Position numbers and translations under genes: made by a program. Shown in pieces: positions 1 to 9,891 of a DNA stretch of 31,337 bases (positions are counted from its first letter, which is position 1; every line of letters starts with the position of its first letter). Where the stretch lies: positions 1 to 31,337 of the forward strand of contig JBGGMJ010000095.1 in assembly GCA_041288095.1 (NCBI GenBank), in the 5' to 3' direction. The DNA comes from Myxococcota bacterium. Lineage in GTDB: Bacteria > Myxococcota > XYA12-FULL-58-9 > JALHOP01. Below the pieces are notes generated by a model. That model did no database searches. It was not told where the DNA came from and saw only the letters and a list, made by a program, of their open reading frames with translations.

Positions 1-795
1 CTCGCGAGCAAGCGCACCAAGGTCATCGTGCCCGTTCACTACGCCGGAATCGCTTGCGAGATGGACGCCATCAACGCTGTTGCCAAGACGACTGGCGCAA
101 AGGTGCTCGAAGACAACGCCCACGGTCTGTTTGGCGCCTACAAGGGCAAGCCACTCGGCAGCCTCGGCGCCATGGCGACGCAGAGCTTCCACGAGAGCAA
201 GAACATCACCTGCGGCGAGGGCGGGGCGTTGGCGTTCAACGACACCTCCTACCTAGCCCGCGCCGAGATCATTCGTGAGAAGGGCACCAACCGTAGCGCC
301 TTCTTCCGCGGCGAGGTCGACAAGTACACGTGGGTCGACGTCGGCTCGAGCTTCGTCATCTCCGATCTGCTCGCCGCGTATCTCACGGCGCAGCTCGAAG
401 GCGCAGCGACCGCGCAAGCACACCGCAAGCAAGCATTCGATCGCTACATGAGCGAGCTCGCCGGCATCGCGGCCAAGCACGGCGTCAAGCTGCCGACCGT
501 TCCAGCGGACTGCCAGCCCGCGTACCATCTCTTCTTCATGCAGATGCCGACGGCGCAGCATCGCGACGCGCTCATCAAGTACCTGCGCGAGCGCAAGATC
601 TGGAGCGTCTTCCATTACGTGCCGTTGCACCTCTCGCCAGAGGGGCAGAAGCTCGGGGGCAAGGCCGGCAGCTGTCCGGTCGTCGAGAGCGCCGCGGACC
701 GGCTCATTCGTCTACCGTTCCACAGCACGCTCGCGACAGACGACCAGACCCGCGTGATCCAGGTCGTCGCCGACTATTGCGCCGCGAATCTCTAG
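1..795 (+). CDS. wecE: dTDP-4-amino-4,6-dideoxygalactose transaminase (DegT/DnrJ/EryC1/StrS family), 5' truncated by window edge
   Basis: Frame is open from base 1. Motifs VPVHYAG, EDNAH, SFHESKNITCGEGG (PLP lysine) and the RffA/WecE-type EKGTNRSAFFRGEVDKYTWVDVGSS. Confidence 0.88.
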   Translation, partial: LASKRTKVIVPVHYAGIACEMDAINAVAKTTGAKVLEDNAHGLFGAYKGKPLGSLGAMATQSFHESKNITCGEGGALAFNDTSYLARAEIIREKGTNRSAFFRGEVDKYTWVDVGSSFVISDLLAAYLTAQLEGAATAQAHRKQAFDRYMSELAGIAAKHGVKLPTVPADCQPAYHLFFMQMPTAQHRDALIKYLRERKIWSVFHYVPLHLSPEGQKLGGKAGSCPVVESAADRLIRLPFHSTLATDDQTRVIQVVADYCAANL

Positions 796-2111
796 TAGCC
801 GCCCGAGTCGTATACGGGCGCGTTACGCGCCTCGAGATCATCGAGGTACTTCTGCACCCGCCCATGCGCGTCCGCGAGTGACGCGTCGGCTTGTCTCGCG
901 GCATCCTCCGCGGACGTCGCGGACTTCTCCGCTATTGCGGCGCTGCGCTGCGCCTTGGTCGCGGCGTCGACTGCTTGCTGCGCCGCCTTGTTGATCGAGG
1001 TGAGATAGGGGCTGCTCTTGCCAAGGGCGGCAAAGCGGGCCGCGAGCTCCGTGGCTGCGGCGAGCGCGGCAGCGGCCTTGGTTGCGCTGCTGGCTGAAAG
1101 GCGCTGCGCCTCGTTCGCGTGTTGGCGCGACTCGGCGCCCCCCGTGGCGGCGGTGTCGCGAAATGCACTTACCTGCGCCACGACGGGATCCGCGGCTTCG
1201 GTGCCGCCGGAATCGAGTGCGTTGGTGACGAAGGCGAGCTTGCTGTTGGCGTTCTTCGAGGCGCCGGTGCTTGTCCTCTGCGCCGCCGCGGCCGCCGACG
1301 ACTCGCCTTGCGCACCAACGATCTCTGCCTGGGCGCCGGCGATGAGCTTGACGACCCCGGCAACTTCGCCCGGGTCGGTTGCCCCCGACAGCGTCGTGCG
1401 TACGGCGTTGGCCGAGGCCTCCGCCGCCGTCGCGGCCTTACCAGCCCCGGCGGTGAGCCTTGCCGCCTGGTCGACGAGAGTCGTTGGCGACATCAGCGCG
1501 TTGCGTGACAACCCCTGAGTCGCGAGCCCGGCCAGTGCTGCCTGGGCGCCGTCCAGCGCGGTCTGGGCGCGCGCGGTCGCTGCCCTGGCCCCAGATACCG
1601 CCTGGTCTGCAAGCGCTTGCTGCGCTGCCGCCTTGCCCCAGGCCTCTTGTGCCTTGGCCATTGCTTCGTCGGCTTCGGCGCTGCGCCCCTTTGCCGCGTG
1701 GGCCATGGCCTTGCCAACCGACTCCTGGGCCTCCTTGAGAAACGCGGCGGCTGCCTTGTTGGCGCGCTCGGCGGCCGCTTTCTGTGCGGCGGCTTCATTG
1801 GAAGCAGTCTGAACTGCTGCCGCGAGATCGGATACCTCGGCGAACGCCGCCGAAGGCCCGCCGGGCGGTGTGAGTGCTCCCGGCTCTTGTGTTGAGGCGC
1901 CTGGCAGGACCTGGACGGGAGTCGTGTCCCCGCGCGTTGTCGTGCGGGGCGCGCCACCCGTGACAGAGGTGATGCCACGCTCGGGAGCGAGGCCAACGGC
2001 ATGCTCGGTAAAAGTGCGGGCCGGGGTGCTCGGTGCCGACGAGGCCGCGCCCGCCGTGGGGGATGTTGCAGTCGATATCCCCCGTCGTGTCCCTGTCGCG
2101 TCCATCGGCAT
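792..2111 (-). CDS. Ala-rich hypothetical protein (Thr/Pro-rich N-terminus, long predicted helical or coiled-coil body)
   Basis: 439-aa ORF with GGGAG just upstream of the ATG. Its stop overlaps the wecE stop by 4 bp, and it fills an otherwise empty gap. Confidence 0.7.
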   Translation of the reverse strand: MPMDATGTRRGISTATSPTAGAASSAPSTPARTFTEHAVGLAPERGITSVTGGAPRTTTRGDTTPVQVLPGASTQEPGALTPPGGPSAAFAEVSDLAAAVQTASNEAAAQKAAAERANKAAAAFLKEAQESVGKAMAHAAKGRSAEADEAMAKAQEAWGKAAAQQALADQAVSGARAATARAQTALDGAQAALAGLATQGLSRNALMSPTTLVDQAARLTAGAGKAATAAEASANAVRTTLSGATDPGEVAGVVKLIAGAQAEIVGAQGESSAAAAAQRTSTGASKNANSKLAFVTNALDSGGTEAADPVVAQVSAFRDTAATGGAESRQHANEAQRLSASSATKAAAALAAATELAARFAALGKSSPYLTSINKAAQQAVDAATKAQRSAAIAEKSATSAEDAARQADASLADAHGRVQKYLDDLEARNAPVYDSGGY

Positions 2112-2142
2112 GCTCCCTACTGTGGCTGAAGCATAGCGCTAA

Positions 2143-2151
2143 ATCGTACCA
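2143..2151 (-). promoter_or_regulatory. Possible extended -10 (TGnTACGAT) for the Ala-rich gene
   Basis: Minus strand reads TGGTACGAT about 30 nt upstream of the ATG at 2111. Confidence 0.3.
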
Positions 2152-2223
2152 CGTGGTTGGAGGTGTGCCCTGACCCGGTGTCGGCCTTGTCTAGGGTCCG
2201 GCCGTGCACGAAGATGCCTTGCT

Positions 2224-5211
2224 GTGACCCTCGGCACAGCGTTCCTTTGGACACTCGCTTGGGTCGTGACGTGGTCCGCCATGGACCTCGGGATGGCCGG
2301 CTGGATTCTGGCGCACGAGTTGCCGCCGTCGGTGATGACGCGGAAGAACGATGGTGGCCACAGCCGGTCGTTGACCATCTCGTTTCTCGCTCGACTCGCC
2401 GGGTTCACTGTCGCGCTCGCATTGGTGCTGGCGAGCTTGCTCGTGCTTTTCGAGGTTCGCTGGCTGGGCACGTTCTTCGCCCTGCTCAGCGGTTACGTGT
2501 TCGTCTACAACGCCGTTCAGAATCCGCAGATCTTCGATGAGTACGCTTCGTTGCGCGAGGCGGTGCGCTGGTGCACGCGCTGGCTGGGACCTGGCGTCGC
2601 GCAGGTGCTCGGGTTTGCGACCTTGCTCCTTCTCAACGCGGAGCTCGTGACTGCCACGTCGCACCACGCGGCGCGGATCATCGCCGCGGTACTCGTCGAC
2701 GTCGCCCTCGTTTACTACCTCGTCGCCGTGCAGACGTACTCCGTGCCACGCCGGCGTCGGCGAAAGCGGAGCGCCCAACACGGATCCGCCGACGACCGGC
2801 TCAACCTGATCTTGATCGGTGTCGACTCACTTCGGCGCGACGTCTTGGAGAGCTATCTCGCAAAGCACCCCAATGGCGCGCTCGCCAAGCTCCTCGCGGA
2901 GAGCACGTGGTTCGAGCACACGGTTGCGCCCATCGGTCGAACCTTTCCGGCGCTCGTGTCCATCTTCGCGGCGACGAATCCGATCGAGCACGGAGTTCGT
3001 GATGCACTGTCGTCAGCGATCCTCGAGGGCGACAAGATCCTCACCGGGTCACCGACGTGGCGACTGCGGCACGAGCACGGTTACCAAACCCACGTCGCCA
3101 TCGACGACTCCAAGTTTGCATACTTCCGCGGCGGCGAAACCTTCGACTCCAATCGCGCGCCAAGACCCGGCATTGGCACGCATCTGCTTCCGATCTTGTT
3201 TCGCAATAAGATCTTCTTTGCGCTGCTCAACAACCGCGTGGGCTATGCCTTGTTTCCCGAGATCAAGAACAACGCGGCGTTCTTCTTCGCTTACAAGCTC
3301 GGCTACTTCACGGACGAGGCACGCGACGATCTGGCGCGCCTAGAGGCCGGAGCCAAGCCTTTCTTCGCGACGTTCCATTCGTGTGGGCTGCATTGGCCAG
3401 GGAGCGCCGCGTACCCGTACTACCCTCGCGATGCACACCCGCCGAAGGACAGCCTCGCGTTCGGATACATGTCCGGGTGGATGCGTGTCGTCGACGCCGC
3501 GCTGCGCACCCCCGACAAGACGCGGGTGGCCTACAATCGACGACTGTACGAGCTCGGCGCCGCGATGGTCATCGAGCGTTTCGTCGAACCCCTTCTCGAG
3601 GACCTCGAAGCGTACGGTCTGCTCGAGCGGTCAATGGTGGTCTTCTACTCGGATCACGCCGAGGCCCTGGGCACGAGCGCCCCGTTGCCGGTGCGCAAGG
3701 TGCCGACGCACGGGACGAGCCTGCTGTGGGACGACGACTCGGTGGAGGAGACGGTGCTCGCGATCCGTCTACCCACGAATCGCCGCGAGCGACTCCCCGA
3801 TCCGCGACGCGGTGACCAGGCTGGCACCATCGATATTTTGCCGACGTTTCTCGACGCGGCGGGGCTCGCGCGAGGCAACGTCGACGGACGCTCGCTTCTC
3901 GAACGAGGCACGGAGTCGACGCGACTCTACATCAGCGAGACCGCGTTGTGGCTGCGCGAGGCCTTCAGGGATCAGCTGATGACGAAGGTCTGGAAGCCTT
4001 CAGCGCTCTACCGACTCGAGCCCAGGACCGGCGAGCTCTACCTTGCCCCGGAGTCCGCCCGTCAGCTCGTGAGCACGAAGCAACGCGCCATTTACCAAGA
4101 AGGGCATCGACTCACTCTCTATCCCACGCTGTACGGCTACCGCATCGCCGTCGAGCGCTTGTCGGGGGCAGCGGAGAGAGACGTCGATCGACACGCGCTG
4201 CTGGATCAGTTGCTGGCGCGTTTTGCGGCCGACGCTCGTCAGGGTTTGCTTCCGAATTTTCTGGGGCTCGACGTCGCGTCCGGCTGTCTGAATTGGATCG
4301 AGCTGAGAAAGGCACCCACGTCGTCGCTGCTTCGCCTCCAGCGAGCGATAGAGCTTGCGTATCGCTACCACCACATCGATCACGCGCTCGCGGAGCTCGC
4401 GACCCTAGCGCTCGACAAACAAGAAGACGCTGCTTTGCGCATCAGCGCCTTCGATCATTTGCTCGTCGTGCTCGAGCTCACGTCACGCAGCGACGCGAAC
4501 CTGCACGCGGTGATCAAGGGATACGAGCTGCCGCGGCTGGTCGAGTATATCGACCCCCATGAACGCGCGCGTTTGCTTCGCCTGCGGCGTCAATTCCTCA
4601 ACGCCGTCGCCGGCACACCCAACGCCATCCCTGTGCGCGAGATCGGCGCCGGGCATGCGTCTGTCGAGAAAGATCTTTTCGACACCTACCAGCAGTTCGC
4701 AGCCATGGCGCGGGGCGGGGACGGCAAGACCGCCAACGCCCAGCGACTGCGCAACCAGCTCAGGAACCACCGGCATTTCGCGCTCGTCGAGCTCAGTCTC
4801 TCGTTGCTCGACGAGGCCGAACGACTGAGCTTCGATGTCACCGCGGGGGAGCTCACCATCGACCACCTGCGCGGTCTCGCGCAGCTCACCAACTGGCACC
4901 GCGAGCGCGGCTTGGTGGACGAGCCTGGTGAGGCCTTGGCGCGGGGGCTCCTCGTGGCGCGACACCACGGTCGCACCGACCTCGTCGTGGAGCTCGCGAG
5001 CGACGCCTTCGCGCGGCCGATGCTACCCCTTCGTGTGAGTCTCACGCAGCTCTTCCCGGCGCTCGACGCTATCGCCGAGGAGCGCGGCGTCGAGAGCAAC
5101 GCGAGGTTCAAGCTGCTCCTCGCCGACACTGGCAGCGACCCTGATGCGGGGCTCGACTCTGTCCGGCTCCGCGAGCAGGAGATCCTAGCGACCATCCGAG
5201 CAGCAGCCTAG
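2224..5211 (+). CDS. Membrane-anchored sulfatase-like (alkaline phosphatase superfamily) hydrolase/transferase with C-terminal helical extension
   Basis: About 5 N-terminal hydrophobic segments, then NLILIGVDSLRRD, RTFPAL (Thr at the nucleophile position), LHWP, YSDHA, TIDILPTFLD and DGRSL. Confidence 0.8.
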   Translation: MTLGTAFLWTLAWVVTWSAMDLGMAGWILAHELPPSVMTRKNDGGHSRSLTISFLARLAGFTVALALVLASLLVLFEVRWLGTFFALLSGYVFVYNAVQNPQIFDEYASLREAVRWCTRWLGPGVAQVLGFATLLLLNAELVTATSHHAARIIAAVLVDVALVYYLVAVQTYSVPRRRRRKRSAQHGSADDRLNLILIGVDSLRRDVLESYLAKHPNGALAKLLAESTWFEHTVAPIGRTFPALVSIFAATNPIEHGVRDALSSAILEGDKILTGSPTWRLRHEHGYQTHVAIDDSKFAYFRGGETFDSNRAPRPGIGTHLLPILFRNKIFFALLNNRVGYALFPEIKNNAAFFFAYKLGYFTDEARDDLARLEAGAKPFFATFHSCGLHWPGSAAYPYYPRDAHPPKDSLAFGYMSGWMRVVDAALRTPDKTRVAYNRRLYELGAAMVIERFVEPLLEDLEAYGLLERSMVVFYSDHAEALGTSAPLPVRKVPTHGTSLLWDDDSVEETVLAIRLPTNRRERLPDPRRGDQAGTIDILPTFLDAAGLARGNVDGRSLLERGTESTRLYISETALWLREAFRDQLMTKVWKPSALYRLEPRTGELYLAPESARQLVSTKQRAIYQEGHRLTLYPTLYGYRIAVERLSGAAERDVDRHALLDQLLARFAADARQGLLPNFLGLDVASGCLNWIELRKAPTSSLLRLQRAIELAYRYHHIDHALAELATLALDKQEDAALRISAFDHLLVVLELTSRSDANLHAVIKGYELPRLVEYIDPHERARLLRLRRQFLNAVAGTPNAIPVREIGAGHASVEKDLFDTYQQFAAMARGGDGKTANAQRLRNQLRNHRHFALVELSLSLLDEAERLSFDVTAGELTIDHLRGLAQLTNWHRERGLVDEPGEALARGLLVARHHGRTDLVVELASDAFARPMLPLRVSLTQLFPALDAIAEERGVESNARFKLLLADTGSDPDAGLDSVRLREQEILATIRAAA

Positions 5212-5227
5212 CGTCGCGCTTGCGTGC

Positions 5228-6148
5228 TCAGGTCCCGCGGAACCAACGAACGGTCGAAGCCAAGCCGTCTGCCAGCGAAGCAGTCGCCGTCCAGGCTAGC
5301 TCGCGCTTGGCGCGGGTCGCATCGAGGACGCTGCGCTTCTGCTCGCCCAGTTTCGCTGGGCCATGACGAATCTCGCCCTCGTACCCCGCGGCCTCGGCGA
5401 TGTGCTTGGCCAGCGTGATCACGCTCGTCTCGACGCCGGTGCCGATGTTGTACGCACCCCGCGCATGGGGGTTCGCCAAAGCGAGCAGGTTGGCGCGCGC
5501 GACGTCGTCGACGAAGACGTAGTCCCGCGTTTGCTCACCGTCACCATGGATCATTGGCGACTCACCGCTGAGCATCTTCTGCGCGAAAATCGCCACCACC
5601 CCAGCTTCGCCGTGCGGATCTTGGCGCGGGCCGTAGACGTTTGCGTAGCGGAGCGCGACGCAACGCATGCCGAAGGTCCGCTGGAAGTATCCGAGATAGA
5701 CCTCGCCGCAGAGCTTGCTGACGCCGTACGGCGACTCTGACTTCGTCACGTGCGTTTCGTCGGCGGGGTAGGTCTCCTGCTCGCCGTAGATAGCGCCGCC
5801 GGTCGACGCCAAGATGAAAGCACCGCAACCCGCGCGGGAGGCGCTCGAGGCGATGCGAACCGTGCCGCTGACGTTGACGATGGAATCGTGCACGGGGTCG
5901 GCAACGCTATGGCGGACATCGATCTGCGCCGCGTGATGGAAGACCGCTTCGGGGCGATATTCGCTGATGACCTGCTCGGCCTCGGGTGAGGTGATGGCGA
6001 GCCGCGCCAGCTCGGCCTTGGCGTTCACGTTCTCCGGCTTGCCCCGCGAGAGATCGTCGATGACCAGGACCTCGTGTCCCGCCTTGATGAGGGCGTCCGC
6101 GACATGAGAGCCAATGAACCCGGCGCCGCCGGTGACGATCGTGCGCAT
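5228..6148 (-). CDS. NAD-dependent epimerase/dehydratase (UDP-glucose 4-epimerase-like extended SDR)
   Basis: TGGAGFIGSH, HHAAQIDV, YGVSK (YxxxK), LRYANVYGPRQ and RDYVFVDD. Start moved to the ATG at 6148, directly before the Rossmann motif. Confidence 0.92.
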   Translation of the reverse strand: MRTIVTGGAGFIGSHVADALIKAGHEVLVIDDLSRGKPENVNAKAELARLAITSPEAEQVISEYRPEAVFHHAAQIDVRHSVADPVHDSIVNVSGTVRIASSASRAGCGAFILASTGGAIYGEQETYPADETHVTKSESPYGVSKLCGEVYLGYFQRTFGMRCVALRYANVYGPRQDPHGEAGVVAIFAQKMLSGESPMIHGDGEQTRDYVFVDDVARANLLALANPHARGAYNIGTGVETSVITLAKHIAEAAGYEGEIRHGPAKLGEQKRSVLDATRAKRELAWTATASLADGLASTVRWFRGT

Positions 6149-6264
6149 ATCGGGTGAGGCATGTAGCCCACAAACCCACCTATGAAAAGGTCGCGGCCTC
6201 AACATGCCGCCCCCGAACGACTTTCTGGCTCCGGACTCCGACTTCGACTACCCTCGCTCCCACA

Positions 6265-8445
6265 ATGCGGACCCTGCGCGCACCTTCGGCTTGCTTCGCG
6301 TTTCTTTGCGTAATCACGGCCACCTCGACGGCCCTGGCTCAGGACTCAACCGAGCCAACCATCGACGTGAACATCTTCCAGCCCAGTCCCGGCGCGACGA
6401 GCTTCATCACCGCCGAGTCGGGTGACGTGAACAGTCCGATGGGCTTGTCCGTCGGCTTGAACCTCAACTACGCGCGCAAGCCGCTGGCCATCCGCATCAT
6501 CCGCAGCGACGACACGCGCGAGGATGTCGGCGCGGTCATCAACACCCGCTTCGACGCCAACTTGATGGCGGCGTTCGGTCTGTTCACCTGGGGCCACCTC
6601 GGCGCCGATATCGGCGTCGTCATTCCGTTCACCTATCAAGGCGGCTTCGAGGCTGATGCCATCAGCGGCGCCGGCATCAGCAACGACGCGTTTCCAGCGA
6701 GCGCCGGTGAAATCGAGAAGATGACCCTGGGCGACATTCGCCTGCTCCCGAAGCTTCGCGTCCTCAATATGTCGGGTGGCCGCTTCCAGGTCGCGGTCTT
6801 CGCCAACATCACGCTGCCCACCGGTAACGCCGACTTCGCCCGCGAGAACAGCGCGGTCTACTCGCCCGCCATTGCCATCAGCGGCAAGGGCCGTCTGGTT
6901 CGCGGCGGTATCAACTTCGGTCGCCGCTTCCGCGACGAGACCATCTTCTCCACCCTACGCGTCGACGACGAGTGGTTCGCCAAGGCGGCCTTGGCCTTGA
7001 ACATCGGCGCAGCCGTCGGGGTCGCGACTCCCATCGAGATCGTCGGCGAAGTCTTCGCGCACACTCCGGTCGAAGACCCGTTCTACGGCAGTGCGACCGG
7101 CGTCGCGCGTGACTTCGAGAAGTCACGCACCACGGCCGAAGGCGACCTCGGCCTGCGTATCAACATCTTCGATCGCTTTTTGCTCGCGTTCGGCGGCGGC
7201 GGTGGTCTCGTCCGCGGCTACGGCGCACCCTCGCCGCGCCTCTACGCAACCTTGATGTACTACACCGGCCAGTTCGGCATGGTGGACAACGACAAAGACG
7301 GCGTGCCGGACAACGTCGACGACTGCGACGACAAGCCCGAGGACAAAGACAACTTCGAAGACAGCGACGGCTGCCCCGAGGTCGACAACGACAAGGACAC
7401 GGTCCTCGACGAAGACGATCAGTGCCCGAACGACGCCGAAGACAAAGACGGCTTCCGTGACGAAGACGGCTGCCCCGAGCCCGACAACGACAACGACACC
7501 CTGCTCGACGCGGTGGACAAGTGCCCGACCGATCCAGAAGACAAGGACGGCGTCGCCGATGACGACGGCTGCCCGGATCTCGACAACGACAACGACGGCG
7601 TCCTCGACATCGAAGACAAGTGCCCGATGGAGGCGGAAGACAAGGACGGCTACCTCGACTTCGACGGCTGCCCCGAGGCGGACAACGACGGCGACGGCAT
7701 GGCCGACCTGAACGACCTCTGCCCGAACAACGCCGAGGACAAAGACGGCGTCGCCGACGACGACGGTTGCCCCGAGGACAACGACCGCGACGGCATCCCG
7801 GACGATCAGGACAAGTGCCCGAACGAGGCCGAGATCTACAACGCCATCCAAGACGAGGACGGCTGCCCCGAGAAGCTCGCTCGCTCGCTGGTCAACGTGA
7901 CCGACGAGAAGATCGAGATCAAGGAGAGCATCCAGTTCGCGAGTGGTAGCGCCAAGATCTCGAAGAAGTCCTTCTTGCTGCTCGACCAAGTCGCGGCGGT
8001 TCTGCGCAACTACAAGAACATCAAGAAGGTTCGCGTCGAGGGCCACACCGACAACACCGGCGGTCGCAAGGCGAACACCGCTCTGTCCAGCCAGCGCGCG
8101 GCGAGCGTCAAAGCCTACCTCGTAAGCAAGGGCGTCGATTCGAGCCGGCTGACCTCGGAAGGCTACGGCCCCGACAAGCCGATCGCCTCGAACGCCACGG
8201 CGAAGGGTCGCGAGATCAACCGCCGCGTCGCCTTCATCATCACGGAGCTCAAGCCGATCGGTAAGGACGTCACCGAAGACCAGCCGAAGCCGCCGGCACC
8301 ACCGGCCGGGAGCGATGCGGGCTTCGAGATCGAGCTGCCGGGTACGACGGCGCCTGGCCCCGCGAAGGCGCCGGAGCCGGTGAAGCCTGACTCCAAGAAG
8401 AAGGAACCGCCGAAGTCGGATGCTCCGGTGGAGTTGCAGTTCTAG
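6265..8445 (+). CDS. OmpA-family outer membrane protein with predicted beta-barrel, thrombospondin type-3 repeats and OmpA C-terminal domain (TraB-like architecture)
   Basis: Signal peptide ending TALA-Q from the ATG at 6265, six Asp/Cys-rich repeats, OmpA motifs VEGHTDNTG, LSSQRA, GYGPDKP and NRRV, then a Pro/Lys-rich tail. Confidence 0.9.
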   Translation: MRTLRAPSACFAFLCVITATSTALAQDSTEPTIDVNIFQPSPGATSFITAESGDVNSPMGLSVGLNLNYARKPLAIRIIRSDDTREDVGAVINTRFDANLMAAFGLFTWGHLGADIGVVIPFTYQGGFEADAISGAGISNDAFPASAGEIEKMTLGDIRLLPKLRVLNMSGGRFQVAVFANITLPTGNADFARENSAVYSPAIAISGKGRLVRGGINFGRRFRDETIFSTLRVDDEWFAKAALALNIGAAVGVATPIEIVGEVFAHTPVEDPFYGSATGVARDFEKSRTTAEGDLGLRINIFDRFLLAFGGGGGLVRGYGAPSPRLYATLMYYTGQFGMVDNDKDGVPDNVDDCDDKPEDKDNFEDSDGCPEVDNDKDTVLDEDDQCPNDAEDKDGFRDEDGCPEPDNDNDTLLDAVDKCPTDPEDKDGVADDDGCPDLDNDNDGVLDIEDKCPMEAEDKDGYLDFDGCPEADNDGDGMADLNDLCPNNAEDKDGVADDDGCPEDNDRDGIPDDQDKCPNEAEIYNAIQDEDGCPEKLARSLVNVTDEKIEIKESIQFASGSAKISKKSFLLLDQVAAVLRNYKNIKKVRVEGHTDNTGGRKANTALSSQRAASVKAYLVSKGVDSSRLTSEGYGPDKPIASNATAKGREINRRVAFIITELKPIGKDVTEDQPKPPAPPAGSDAGFEIELPGTTAPGPAKAPEPVKPDSKKKEPPKSDAPVELQF
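7285..7872 (+). repeat. Six tandem ~99-bp coding repeats (TSP3-like DNDxDGxxDxxDxCPxxxEDKDGxxDxDGCPE)
   Basis: Four 33-aa and two 32-aa units read directly from the translation. Confidence 0.9.
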
Positions 8446-8458
8446 AGCTGAGGCGGAG

Positions 8459-9820
8459 CTAACACTCCGCCTCTTTATCGCGCGCGTGAGGGATGAGGCG
8501 CACGCCATGCTTGGGCCGCAACGTCATCGAGCACGTGAGTGCCAAGGCGTGGTCTGGCGCGGTGGTGAAACTACGCCGCTGCAGAATGGTGGCGAGCACC
8601 AGTAGCGACTCCATGAGCGCGAAGTGACTACCGATGCAGATCCGGGGGCCGCCCCCGAAGGGGAGATACGCGTAGCGCGGAAGCTTGTCGCGCAGCTCTG
8701 GTGTCCAGCGCTCGGGCTTGAAGGCCTCGGGCTCTTCGAACCAACGCGGGTCGCGATGAACGAGCCACACTAACGTCCAAACCTCATCGCCTTTGCGGAC
8801 AAGGTGCCCGCCGAGCGTGTACGGCTCACGGGCCTCGCGTGCCATGCCCCAGGCTGGTGGATAGAGCCGCAAGGATTCGCTCAGCACGGCGTCGAGGTAG
8901 GAGAGCCTGCCCATGTCGGCCGCGGTAGGGCGCCTGCTTCCCAGGACCGCGTCGAGCTCGGCGTGCACCCGCGTCTGGACCTCGGGATGCGTCGCCAAAA
9001 GCATCAGCGTGTACGCTAAAGCGAGTGCAGTCGTCTCGTGACCGGCGACGAAGGCGGTGACGGCCTCGTCGCGTAGCTGCACGTCGGTGAGCCCGGCGCC
9101 TTCGTCGTCGCGAGCCCGCAAGAGCAGCGACAACAGGTCGGTGGCATCTTCAGTTAGCGCGGCGCGACGCGCGGCGATGATCTGCATGAGGGTGCCATCG
9201 ATGGTTTTGACGGCGCGACGCATGCGCAAGTGCGCGGGGATCGGGAGCCACTTCGGGATCAACCGTTTCATCGAGCGTGAATAGTGCAGGAAGTAGTCCA
9301 TGGCGCTGTGCAGGGCGACGCTCACCTGCTCGGCGCCTGGCGGCAGACTCGCCCCGAAGAGCGTGCGCGTCACGATCTGTAGCGTGAGCTGCATGAAGTC
9401 TTGGTGCACGTCGCGCGGCACATCGAGTGTGAGCTCGTCGATAAAGCGCGCCGCGTCGTCGACCATGTCGTCCGCGTAAGCGGAGATAGCGCGCTTGGTC
9501 AGCGGTGGTGACGCAAGCTTGCGCACGCGTTTCCAATGCTCCCCCTCGCTGGTGAGCAGCCCATCGCCCAGCAAATAGCGCAGGTCGCGAACGAGCGCGC
9601 TCTTTGTGAAGACGTGATGGTCGCGCAACAACAGCTGTTCGAGGATCTCGGGGTCCGTGACCAGATAGGCGGTCCGGAAAGGTAGCGAGATGCGCACCAC
9701 GTCGCCGTGCTCTTTTTGGACGTGCCCCAAGAGGGTGAGCGGGTCGCGTTGCAGCTCGCCTAGGTCACGAAAGCGGATGCGTACCCCAGGGGCAGTCCCC
9801 GCTGTTGAAGGAGAGAGCAT
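8459..9820 (-). CDS. Cytochrome P450
   Basis: AGHETT (I-helix), ESLR (ExxR), FKPERW and FGGGPRICIG (heme Cys). Start placed at the ATG at 9820 with GAGGA upstream; the longer track ORF overlaps the SRPBCC gene. Confidence 0.95.
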   Translation of the reverse strand: MLSPSTAGTAPGVRIRFRDLGELQRDPLTLLGHVQKEHGDVVRISLPFRTAYLVTDPEILEQLLLRDHHVFTKSALVRDLRYLLGDGLLTSEGEHWKRVRKLASPPLTKRAISAYADDMVDDAARFIDELTLDVPRDVHQDFMQLTLQIVTRTLFGASLPPGAEQVSVALHSAMDYFLHYSRSMKRLIPKWLPIPAHLRMRRAVKTIDGTLMQIIAARRAALTEDATDLLSLLLRARDDEGAGLTDVQLRDEAVTAFVAGHETTALALAYTLMLLATHPEVQTRVHAELDAVLGSRRPTAADMGRLSYLDAVLSESLRLYPPAWGMAREAREPYTLGGHLVRKGDEVWTLVWLVHRDPRWFEEPEAFKPERWTPELRDKLPRYAYLPFGGGPRICIGSHFALMESLLVLATILQRRSFTTAPDHALALTCSMTLRPKHGVRLIPHARDKEAEC

Positions 9821-9891
9821 GGCGGCGTCCTCGCACGGCCCCGCCGTGGTCGCAACACAGCCCATATCGGCGGGGCGCCTCCGACTACGCC

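Noticed and set aside
7285..7872. Regular ~99-bp repeats as a possible CRISPR array
   Set aside because: They are in-frame coding repeats with synonymous variation, no unique spacers and no cas genes.
7123..8508. 461-aa minus-strand ORF with Val-rich repeats
   Set aside because: Antisense shadow of the TSP3/OmpA gene: GAC codons read as GTC on the other strand.
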